A stretch of DNA of 43,085 nucleotides, from the IMG/VR virus record IMGVR_UViG_3300006201_000477; one strand, given 5' to 3'. A program made the translations under genes and the position numbers. This document shows, one piece after another, positions 7,808 through 14,941 of the stretch; positions within the stretch are counted from its first letter, which is position 1; each line of letters begins with the position of its first letter. The DNA is from a virus. The notes below the pieces were generated by a model that worked only from the letters and a program-made list of their open reading frames with translations, had not been told where the DNA came from and did not search any database.

Positions 7808-7859
7808 AAATTGTATGTTGTTACAATAAGGTTGACCGAATAGTAACAACATACAATTT
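7808..7859. terminator. 17-bp perfect inverted repeat between the convergent integrase and endolysin genes (bidirectional terminator candidate)
   Basis: AAATTGTATGTTGTTAC at 7808..7824 pairs with GTAACAACATACAATTT at 7843..7859. T-rich flanks on both sides. Confidence 0.55.
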
Positions 7860-7872
7860 ATTTCTTACATTA

Positions 7873-8763
7873 CTATATTGCTGCCCCTCTCTCATTTGTC
7901 TGAAGCATATGCCCATCTGCCGCGAACACATATAATTCTATTCCATGTACAGGACTTTCTACCGTTAATAATTCATTACAAGCCATTGCTCCAGATGATT
8001 TTAAGTAATACCTTTTTTCTTCGTCCTTTAGCCAGCCTGTCTGCATAATCCCGTTTGAATCAAAATGATACCACAGCCCATCTACTTCCTGCCAGCAGTT
8101 TTTGCATATCTCCCCATCTGCTTTCTTGTACTTCCAAATGTCCCCTTCCTGTATCCAGCCAGACTTATCCCCATAATCCACATAACATATGTTCCTATCT
8201 ACTCGCCCTGAAATCCCTGGGATACTTCCTGAATCCGTGTGCTGCCAAAGTGCCATATCCTCTCTATTACAAACCTTGTTATAGTACGCATACCATATAG
8301 CATACCCTTCTTCCCTTAACTGTGTCAAGTTAAAATATTGGTTTGCATAATCCTTATTGGTATACACCATTGGTATGTATCCTGCTCCCTTCACTTCTCT
8401 ACAAAAAGCAAGTGTCATATCCATAACCAACTGCCTTGTTACCTTGACACCTTTCCTTTCTGCATAACGAACAGAATCATATTCGAAGTCAAAAGCAATC
8501 GGATAAATAACCCTATATTTTTTTGCCTGGCTAATACAATACTGTGCTTCTCGTCTAGCCATTTCAACCGTATAAGCATAGGAGAACCAGTATAGCCCTA
8601 AAGGGATTCCCTTTTCCATACAGGCAGCAGCATAAGGAACTAGCTTCTCATCTATGTTCCCTGCCCCATATCCAGCACGAAGTATAATGAAGTCTACTGC
8701 TTGTCTTACTTTATCCCAATCTGTTACTTGATTATGGGTACTTAAGTCGATTCCTCTTTTCAC
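7873..8763 (-). CDS. Endolysin: GH25 muramidase with C-terminal cell-wall-binding repeats
   Basis: GH25-like N-terminus (GIDLSTHNQVTDWDKV...FIILRAGYG). The C-terminus has aromatic GW-rich repeats of the CW_binding_1 type. Confidence 0.9.
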   Translation of the reverse strand: MKRGIDLSTHNQVTDWDKVRQAVDFIILRAGYGAGNIDEKLVPYAAACMEKGIPLGLYWFSYAYTVEMARREAQYCISQAKKYRVIYPIAFDFEYDSVRYAERKGVKVTRQLVMDMTLAFCREVKGAGYIPMVYTNKDYANQYFNLTQLREEGYAIWYAYYNKVCNREDMALWQHTDSGSIPGISGRVDRNICYVDYGDKSGWIQEGDIWKYKKADGEICKNCWQEVDGLWYHFDSNGIMQTGWLKDEEKRYYLKSSGAMACNELLTVESPVHGIELYVFAADGHMLQTNERGAAI

Positions 8764-8969
8764 TCTTTTTCCTCCTTTAACTCTGGTAGTCCTGCTACAG
8801 ATGTTAACATAGATAAAATTCCTGCCAGTGCAGAAGCAGAGGCTACATATTTCCAGTCTACTTGTCCCATAGCCGCCGCTGTTCCAATTCCTGCGATAGC
8901 TGCCTGTGCAGTCGTTTTTAAAGCTCTAACCCCTGCTTTCTTTGTCCACTTAACCCAATCTCTTTTCAT
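8760..8969 (-). CDS. Holin candidate
   Basis: 69 aa with two hydrophobic segments and a charged C-terminus. Overlaps the endolysin start by 4 nt. Confidence 0.7.
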   Translation of the reverse strand: MKRDWVKWTKKAGVRALKTTAQAAIAGIGTAAAMGQVDWKYVASASALAGILSMLTSVAGLPELKEEKE

Positions 8970-8980
8970 CGTTTTTCCTC

Positions 8981-9316
8981 CTATAAAACCATAATTAATG
9001 CCCCTATCACAGCTCCCATAATCGTACTAATCGCCGCTGTTACCATTGCCATTTTAATCTGCTTGTGTGCTTCGGCTGGTTCCTGTTCTAGCTTCTCTAA
9101 CCGTTCCCCTTGCTTTTCTAACTCCTTCAGCATATTTCCCATATTCACCGCCATTTCTTTTACTGATACTGTTAGATCACTGATTTGGCGCACACTTTCT
9201 TCTACCAATTCCAACCTCTTATTCTGTCGGTTATTTTCATCTATCAGACGTTGATTTTCTGTCTCCATAGTCCTTCGAAACTCGTCATGCTCTGCCCTTG
9301 TAATTGCTGTATCCAT
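8981..9316 (-). CDS. XhlA-like lysis-associated membrane protein
   Basis: Coiled-coil N-terminus with a single C-terminal TM segment. It sits upstream of the holin, as in PBSX. Confidence 0.65.
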   Translation of the reverse strand: MDTAITRAEHDEFRRTMETENQRLIDENNRQNKRLELVEESVRQISDLTVSVKEMAVNMGNMLKELEKQGERLEKLEQEPAEAHKQIKMAMVTAAISTIMGAVIGALIMVL

Positions 9317-9332
9317 CTTCTTTTCCTTTCTC

Positions 9333-9482
9333 CTAATTCTCTTCCACTACCAACTCCTGCCTTCCAGCCCTTTCCAATTCTTCCTTTACTTCTTTTCTTA
9401 ACCCTTCTGGAACCTGCCTATAGCTCTTTCTTCCTGAAAGAATCTGATTCACCCATAACCTTGTAATGGCTACTTTACTCAT
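9333..9482 (-). CDS. Small conserved-position protein (XkdX position), 49 aa; not in the ORF track
   Basis: Translated by hand: MSKVAITRLWVNQILSGRKSYRQVPEGLRKEVKEELERAGRQELVVEEN. Its ATG overlaps the upstream stop (ATGAGTAA). Confidence 0.45.
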   Translation of the reverse strand: MSKVAITRLWVNQILSGRKSYRQVPEGLRKEVKEELERAGRQELVVEEN

Positions 9483-9924
9483 CTTTTTCCCCTTCCCTTT
9501 CTGTTGCATATACCTCTGTACTCATTTCCAACAAACACTCTTCCAACTGTTCTATCCACGTTCCCTGGCTATCCATATCTCTTGCCTGCTCTTCTAACTG
9601 TTCTTCTTGTTCTGCTACCTTTGCTTTTAACGCCAATACTTCTGCATCCATAGTACTTGGTGTTACCTGCTCTACTTCATATCGCTTTCCTATATAATTC
9701 ACGGTAAACTCTGAATAATTGTAATATACACATTTTGGTTTTTGATCTGTTTCATTCTCATAATATTGGATTGGTTCTTTGTTTTCATTAAGAAGCTCGT
9801 ACAACGTATGAAAATCAGCTTCTTCCTCCTTCACGATAAACCGTAATACCATTTTCCCATTTGGATACCGATATGGATAAAACTCTCTTACCTTTACTAT
9901 GGTTTGTCCTACTTGAATCTGCAT
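9475..9924 (-). CDS. Hypothetical tail-fibre-associated protein with acidic coiled-coil C-terminus
   Basis: 149-aa ORF tightly packed downstream of the fibre genes. Confidence 0.5.
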   Translation of the reverse strand: MQIQVGQTIVKVREFYPYRYPNGKMVLRFIVKEEEADFHTLYELLNENKEPIQYYENETDQKPKCVYYNYSEFTVNYIGKRYEVEQVTPSTMDAEVLALKAKVAEQEEQLEEQARDMDSQGTWIEQLEECLLEMSTEVYATEREGEKDE

Positions 9925-9946
9925 TTCTTTTCCTCTCTTCCCTTCT

Positions 9947-10540
9947 TTAACTATACATATCTCTACAAATAATATCCTTTATTTTTGTCACAGAAGAACT
10001 CACATAAATCCCTAATTCTCCTATTTTTCCCTTTAACACTACGTCATCCCCCTCATCACCAAGATAAATCCGTTTACAATTTACTGGCACAGTATCTTCT
10101 ATATACCCATAATAATAGCCATCTATCGAATCATACTCCATATATAACGTATCTGATCTGGTTCCTGTATCATATCGAAACCATGTTTCATCTTCTCCAT
10201 TGGAGCAAACATACATATCTACCGTAAACCCTTCCCCAAATGCTACATAGGTTCCATTTAACATTACCCGTATCTCTGCTCCTGCCAGCGTTTCTGCATT
10301 AGCAGCAGAATTTGAAATTGTCACATGTGCCCTATTATTCCAAACATCTCCACCAGCATAAGCAGGTCCACCACATACCGAATATAAAACTTCAATCGTT
10401 ACTCCCTCTGGCCATATCGTTTCCCATGCCCCATTTTTATAAACCTTCCCTTCTGTAATTTCCCTCCATGCCCCACTAGAATACCGTTTGATACTGCTTA
10501 CATCTTGCCATGCCCCATTGGTATATTTTTTTATACTCAT
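9947..10540 (-). CDS. Hypothetical tail-fibre-associated protein
   Basis: The N-terminus has a repeated Y-x-x-GAW-x-x-I motif. It follows fibre gene 2 after a 9-nt gap. Confidence 0.5.
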   Translation of the reverse strand: MSIKKYTNGAWQDVSSIKRYSSGAWREITEGKVYKNGAWETIWPEGVTIEVLYSVCGGPAYAGGDVWNNRAHVTISNSAANAETLAGAEIRVMLNGTYVAFGEGFTVDMYVCSNGEDETWFRYDTGTRSDTLYMEYDSIDGYYYGYIEDTVPVNCKRIYLGDEGDDVVLKGKIGELGIYVSSSVTKIKDIICRDMYS

Positions 10541-10549
10541 CTTCTCACC

Positions 10550-11029
10550 TCACCAAGCCCAAAGAACAGAACTACTAGAAGGCGTAGAAGATTGGATCGC
10601 CACTCCTTTGACACTCGTTGCCACAGGCACCCCATTGGAAAAATACACTGGCTGCATAGTAGAACCTGCATTGGCATTTAACTTATTGGCAGAACTGGCA
10701 GCTCCCCCTGCTGTAGCAGAACCTGCATAGGTATGGGTATGCCCCGTTTTTGCAAAAGCAGAAGCATGGTATCCATCTACAGTATCTGCATTACATTGAT
10801 CCTCCTCTGCTTTCGCATCCCATTTTCTCTTTTCTTCTTCGGTTACATGAACCTTCCCATCTTTCACATGTTTTTCTGTTTCTTCTACTTTCTTCTTTAA
10901 ATACACATCATTGTTTAGTAATGCCCCTTTTATCCCATTTTCTAGCTCTGCTGTTAAATACTCCTCTTCTTCTACCTGATGGATCTCCTGCTGAAACTCT
11001 GGTGGTTCTTTGATTGCTAAATTTCCCAT
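10550..11029 (-). CDS. Tail fibre protein (paralog 2)
   Basis: The N-terminal ~80 aa are alignable with 13867..14520 (M-x-NL-x-IK-x-P-x-EF...NND-x-YLK-x-K...EEEK-x-KWD). The C-terminus reads GHTHTYAGSATAGGAA. Confidence 0.7.
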   Translation of the reverse strand: MGNLAIKEPPEFQQEIHQVEEEEYLTAELENGIKGALLNNDVYLKKKVEETEKHVKDGKVHVTEEEKRKWDAKAEEDQCNADTVDGYHASAFAKTGHTHTYAGSATAGGAASSANKLNANAGSTMQPVYFSNGVPVATSVKGVAIQSSTPSSSSVLWAW

Positions 11030-11057
11030 CGCACTTTCCTCCCCTCTCTTACTCCCA

Positions 11058-11085
11058 TCAAAAAGAGCACCCTATTCGGATGCCC
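11058..11085 (-). terminator. Weak minus-strand hairpin plus U-tract upstream of fibre gene 2
   Basis: On the minus strand, GCAUCC-gaaua-GGGUGC is followed by UCUUUUUG. Confidence 0.35.
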
Positions 11086-11096
11086 TTACTTTCTAT

Positions 11097-11223
11097 TTGC
11101 AATCTATTTCTTTTTGTGTTATACTACCTTTATCAAAGGGAACACCACCCACAAAGTGGTTAGCCTCTATATTTTAAGTGAAATAACTGCCTGTCCGGCT
11201 AAGACAAGGGCAGTTATTTTTTT
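11097..11223 (+). ncRNA. Candidate antitoxin sRNA (promoter to terminator), convergent with the holin-like toxin ORF
   Basis: TTGCAA at 11097..11102, a 17-nt spacer, then TGtTATACT with its -10 at 11120..11125. Terminator stem 11181..11191 / 11209..11219 is followed by T8. CACCACCC at 11143..11150 is complementary to the toxin SD GGGUGGUG. Confidence 0.45.
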
Positions 11224-11225
11224 GC

Positions 11226-11312
11226 CTATTTCCTATTCTCTAAACAGGAGATAAGCGCAAGCAAGAATAACCCGAATGTCAACATCAATGATATTGCTTC
11301 GTATGTACTCAT
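11226..11312 (-). CDS. 28-aa hydrophobic holin-like toxin (type I toxin candidate); not in the ORF track
   Basis: Translated by hand: MSTYEAISLMLTFGLFLLALISCLENRK. SD GGGGGGTGGTG lies just upstream. An extended -10 (TGtTATAAT, complement of about 11381..11389) is also upstream. Confidence 0.6.
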   Translation of the reverse strand: MSTYEAISLMLTFGLFLLALISCLENRK

Positions 11313-11418
11313 GTGCACCACCCCCCTTCTTTGGTAAAAAGAGAGGCAAACTACCCTATCTGTGGTGTCCCTTATGTTTTATTATAACACAATCCTTCGA
11401 ATGGTTCTATTCCTTTTT

Positions 11419-11811
11419 TTATAATACTTTCTTGGCTGCCCCATTTACTCCTACATACATACTACACCTCTTTACCTTCCCATTTACCCCTGCATAGGCT
11501 GCTTGGATTGCCCTGCTTACGCCACTCACTCCTACAAAGGAACCATGGTTGTCATTACAAGCTGTGTTGCAAGTCCCTGTACAGGTTCCTTTACATGTTT
11601 TTTCACATTCTCCCTCACAGGTATCCTCACAACTTCCTTCACAATCCCCTTCACAGCTTCCTTCACAGTCTCCCCCACAACTATCTGTACATTCCGTATA
11701 ACAAGTATTGTCGCAACCATCACAATACCCTACACAACCATCATCACAACCCCCACATCCTGTACACTCCCCACAAATATTTTCACAACTATCCCCACAT
11801 TCCCACGCCAT
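11419..11811 (-). CDS. CXXX-repeat cysteine-rich protein (candidate radical SAM substrate) with a non-Cys C-terminal tail
   Basis: 22 Cys in residues 5..85. Fourteen consecutive Cys sit at exact i+4 spacing (C33..C85). The C-terminus carries two Y-x-GVNG-x-x-K repeats. Confidence 0.8.
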   Translation of the reverse strand: MAWECGDSCENICGECTGCGGCDDGCVGYCDGCDNTCYTECTDSCGGDCEGSCEGDCEGSCEDTCEGECEKTCKGTCTGTCNTACNDNHGSFVGVSGVSRAIQAAYAGVNGKVKRCSMYVGVNGAAKKVL

Positions 11812-11817
11812 TCTTTA

Positions 11818-12135
11818 TCACCCCTGTTCTCTTTCCCGAAACGTTAGGTTCAAATATTTGTTTTTCTCGGAATATGTAGTATAAATAGAGGCCAATGTAG
11901 GAAATCCTTGGTATGTTTTTACTGCCACCCCATTTTGATCTACCACTGTGATTTCTTCCATTCCTATGGTTTTATAATAATGCACTGCCTCATCTCCTGT
12001 GATACTCCCTAATACAGACATATCCACTTGTACCACTAAGGATTTCACCACTTCCTGCCCTACCAAATCAATCCTCTCATCTACACGGTTTACATGCTGA
12101 ATTTCTGTCTTTCCATCTTGTAAAAGAATTTTCAT
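11818..12135 (-). CDS. Hypothetical protein between the maturase and the Cys-rich gene
   Basis: 105-aa ORF that starts directly after the rSAM stop. No motif recognised. Confidence 0.6.
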   Translation of the reverse strand: MKILLQDGKTEIQHVNRVDERIDLVGQEVVKSLVVQVDMSVLGSITGDEAVHYYKTIGMEEITVVDQNGVAVKTYQGFPTLASIYTTYSEKNKYLNLTFREREQG

Positions 12136-13476
12136 CTAGTTTCCTCCCCCTGCTAATTCTTGTAATTTCTCATATTCTTCTTTCCTCACAATTTCTTTTG
12201 CCTTCTCATACGGCAGAAAACAACCCATTCTTTCTGGCACTCCCTTCTTCCTATAATATGTGTTCCAAAAATATACATTCGCTAATGCCCTTGCCTTATG
12301 CATCCCACAAATAAAAGTTGCCCTTTTATCTGGTGTCCCAAACTTTTGATAATTATATGCGGTGCACCAAGCACAACCATCTGCAACAGGACACAAAAAA
12401 CATTCTTCTGTTGATTGGGATTTTCTTGTAATGCCTTTTAAACAAGAAAGACAATCCTTACACTGCTTCGAAGTACCTATTCCTTCCTCTAAACTTCCAA
12501 TTACCATTGGTTCCTGCTCTGTCCCTAGAGAAGTCTCCATAAAGCGGATACAAGGGTATAGGATTCCATCTGGATCACAAGCAAGCATCCTTCCATTCCC
12601 ACCACACCAGTTTTCATTCTCACTTTCTTGTAATGGTCCAAAACTATTCTCTAAGAAAAGGGAACAATAGGTGCTTTCTACTAAATCCTTTTCGATATAA
12701 TACTTGGCAAGTTTTTTCAACTGCTGGTAAAAGATAGCTGGGTGGACTTGGTTATCCCATACATCTTCAAACACACAGTTCGCATGAATATCCCGAAACC
12801 CTATTTTATGTAAATGGATCATGGATTCATATAAGAATCGAATATTTTCCGGTGAAATGGTAACTTTTGTCCCTGTATTCCCATACTTCCTTAAACTATG
12901 CTTTACCGCTTTTTCTACAAGATCATACGAATGGCTTCCATCTGGAAACCGCCGGCAAGCATCATGCAGCTCTTTATTTCCATCAATCGTAATATTTAAC
13001 GAAGTCCAGTTCCCATACTCTTTCAAGAACTCCTGAAATCGTTTATCAAAATATAAGATCCCATTGGTACAAATCGAAAACCGATGGAACTCTAACCACG
13101 GGTGATGGAAAAGGATCATTCTTTCTGTTACATAATCACAGATTCTTCGGATTAACTCGATCTCCAACAAAGGTTCCCCTCCAATAAACTCGATCACAAT
13201 TCCCCCTGTGTTATCTTGACTGATATACTGGTCCCCTCTTGCTGATAAAAGCTGATCCACAAACTGCTTTGCTGTCTCAAAGGACATGGATTTCTTTTTC
13301 TTATGGGTCTGGTAACAATAACTACACTTCAAATTACAATCATCTGTTACCTTAAAGGTAACGGTCCTTACTGCCCTCCATGTCCCTTCTGCTACCTGCC
13401 CCTTCTTTTCCTCTAAATCAGGAAATAGCTTTGCAATATAATCTGGATAATGAATTGGTCTGTACCTTTTTATCAT
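12136..13476 (-). CDS. Radical SAM / SPASM-domain peptide maturase (anSME-like)
   Basis: CX3CX2C at C47/C51/C54 (CNLKCSYC, nt 13315..13338). C-terminal SPASM-type Cys clusters: CGGNGRMLACDPDGILYPC and CKDCLSC...CFLCPVADGCAWC. Confidence 0.9.
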   Translation of the reverse strand: MIKRYRPIHYPDYIAKLFPDLEEKKGQVAEGTWRAVRTVTFKVTDDCNLKCSYCYQTHKKKKSMSFETAKQFVDQLLSARGDQYISQDNTGGIVIEFIGGEPLLEIELIRRICDYVTERMILFHHPWLEFHRFSICTNGILYFDKRFQEFLKEYGNWTSLNITIDGNKELHDACRRFPDGSHSYDLVEKAVKHSLRKYGNTGTKVTISPENIRFLYESMIHLHKIGFRDIHANCVFEDVWDNQVHPAIFYQQLKKLAKYYIEKDLVESTYCSLFLENSFGPLQESENENWCGGNGRMLACDPDGILYPCIRFMETSLGTEQEPMVIGSLEEGIGTSKQCKDCLSCLKGITRKSQSTEECFLCPVADGCAWCTAYNYQKFGTPDKRATFICGMHKARALANVYFWNTYYRKKGVPERMGCFLPYEKAKEIVRKEEYEKLQELAGGGN

Positions 13477-13814
13477 ACAGTTCCTCCCTCTTCTACAGGT
13501 ATTGCCTTTGGTATATCCAGAAATATCACACAGATACTACAGGTACTATATTCCAATGTCCACTGGAACTTCCTGCCTACATACTCCTGAAGGATACAGG
13601 TATTCACATATTCCACCATTTGTTGGAATTCCCGATAAGAATCATCATATAACTCCTGATAATAGGAAAGGATTTCTTTGTTATAAACCCCATTCGTATC
13701 TTTTAAAATACTTCGTAGAATCTCTTTCCTTCCCCGATATAAATAAGTAGTACGTTCTATCTTGGCAGCCAGTTCTTCTGTAATGGTTATGGTTACTTTC
13801 TTTTCTTGTGCCAT
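13473..13814 (-). CDS. Small accessory protein translationally coupled to the radical SAM gene
   Basis: ATG at 13814 has an upstream AGGA. The track start at 13835 is GTG. Its stop overlaps the rSAM start (ATGA). Confidence 0.6.
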   Translation of the reverse strand: MAQEKKVTITITEELAAKIERTTYLYRGRKEILRSILKDTNGVYNKEILSYYQELYDDSYREFQQMVEYVNTCILQEYVGRKFQWTLEYSTCSICVIFLDIPKAIPVEEGGTV

Positions 13815-13866
13815 GTCTTTTTCCTTTCTTTTCACTATGAATCTTTTTCCTTCCTAAAAAATCCTC

Positions 13867-14520
13867 TTAAGAATATAATAAATACACTTCCCCATTATTT
13901 AAAGAACCAGGGACAGACGTACCAAACTTCACATTCCTCAACTTGGAAGTGGCGTAATCTGTCCCTGGTTTTACTGAAACATTCTCTGGAAAAGTACCTG
14001 CTGTAATGGTGCTTGCACTTTGTGTATGCGCTGATGGGGGCATAGAGGAAGGTAAGGTAACATCCATTCTTACTTTTTTTGTCGCATTATCCCCATTTAT
14101 GGATACATTGTCCCCTGCTACAATCTCCACCTGGGCAGTCTTACTATTTGCCTCTACCAGCACATTCCCAACTTTCACCTTACTAAAAGCGTTCTGGTTT
14201 ACTTCTGCCCCTGCTGCCACATGGTCCAATTTCTGCTTATCCTCAGGAGACATCAATCCTGCTTTTGCTTGGGTTGCTTCCTGTGTGGCAGTAGTATCCC
14301 ACTTCTTTTTCTCCTCTTCTGATACATGTATCCCTGTATCTGTCGTATGCTGATTCGAATTAAGAACCATTTCTTCCAGCTTTTGCTTCAGGTATATATC
14401 ATTATTTAAAAGCTGCCCTTTGATCTGGTTCTCGATATTGTCTGTAATCAAATCGGACTGTTTTACTTGGTACACTTCTGTTGTAAACTCTGCTGGGCTT
14501 TTGATTGGTAAATTTGCCAT
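13867..14520 (-). CDS. Tail fibre protein (paralog 1)
   Basis: Its N-terminus is paralogous to 10550..11029. It follows the tail-collar-like gene. Confidence 0.7.
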   Translation of the reverse strand: MANLPIKSPAEFTTEVYQVKQSDLITDNIENQIKGQLLNNDIYLKQKLEEMVLNSNQHTTDTGIHVSEEEKKKWDTTATQEATQAKAGLMSPEDKQKLDHVAAGAEVNQNAFSKVKVGNVLVEANSKTAQVEIVAGDNVSINGDNATKKVRMDVTLPSSMPPSAHTQSASTITAGTFPENVSVKPGTDYATSKLRNVKFGTSVPGSLNNGEVYLLYS

Positions 14521-14537
14521 GCCTTACCACTCCCTTC

Positions 14538-14918
14538 TTAAAAAATCTCCTGAATGGAAAAGTCAAAGAGCATATCATCATCTTTCCCTTTCTTAAGGAA
14601 CGTCCGATACATCACCAAATCCCCCTCTTCATCAAATAGCCCTACTTCGGAGATATATTTCTGGGCTAGTTCGGTTTTTCCTAAGCTGGACTTATATTCG
14701 CATGTGGTAGGGATTGGGTACCCATGGGAATCCACTTCCCTTCTTAACAACTCATTACGAAGAGATACTTCTTCCCCTGTTACTGGTAAGGGAGTGCCTG
14801 CCTCATCTACCCCTCCCTCTCCATAGGCTATATACTTAATTTTAGGCAGTACCATATCCCCTGCATGAGACTTGCACATCTTTTCCCTGCCTTTTTGTGT
14901 GATTACTGCATTTGCCAT
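14538..14918 (-). CDS. Tail fibre N-terminal / tail-collar-like protein
   Basis: 126 aa. The pattern ITQKGREK...IKYIAYGEGG...RNEL...VGLFDEEGDL resembles the phage tail-collar fibre domain. Confidence 0.55.
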   Translation of the reverse strand: MANAVITQKGREKMCKSHAGDMVLPKIKYIAYGEGGVDEAGTPLPVTGEEVSLRNELLRREVDSHGYPIPTTCEYKSSLGKTELAQKYISEVGLFDEEGDLVMYRTFLKKGKDDDMLFDFSIQEIF

Positions 14919-14941
14919 CTTTTTCTCCTTTCTTTACAAGA

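Noticed and set aside
11554-11811. Short-period DNA repeat that could be mistaken for a CRISPR or tandem-repeat array
   Set aside because: The period is 12 nt and lies in-frame within a CDS. There are no spacer-sized unique units and no cas genes.
11503-11879. Three long ORFs (two plus-strand, one alternative minus frame) overlapping the Cys-rich gene
   Set aside because: They are by-products of the 12-nt periodic, low-complexity Cys-codon repeat. They lack RBSs and give His/Thr/Pro-rich nonsense. The CXXX frame is the one coupled to the rSAM operon.
9947-14520. A diversity-generating retroelement acting on the duplicated fibre genes
   Set aside because: No reverse transcriptase gene and no template/variable repeat pair were seen in the window.
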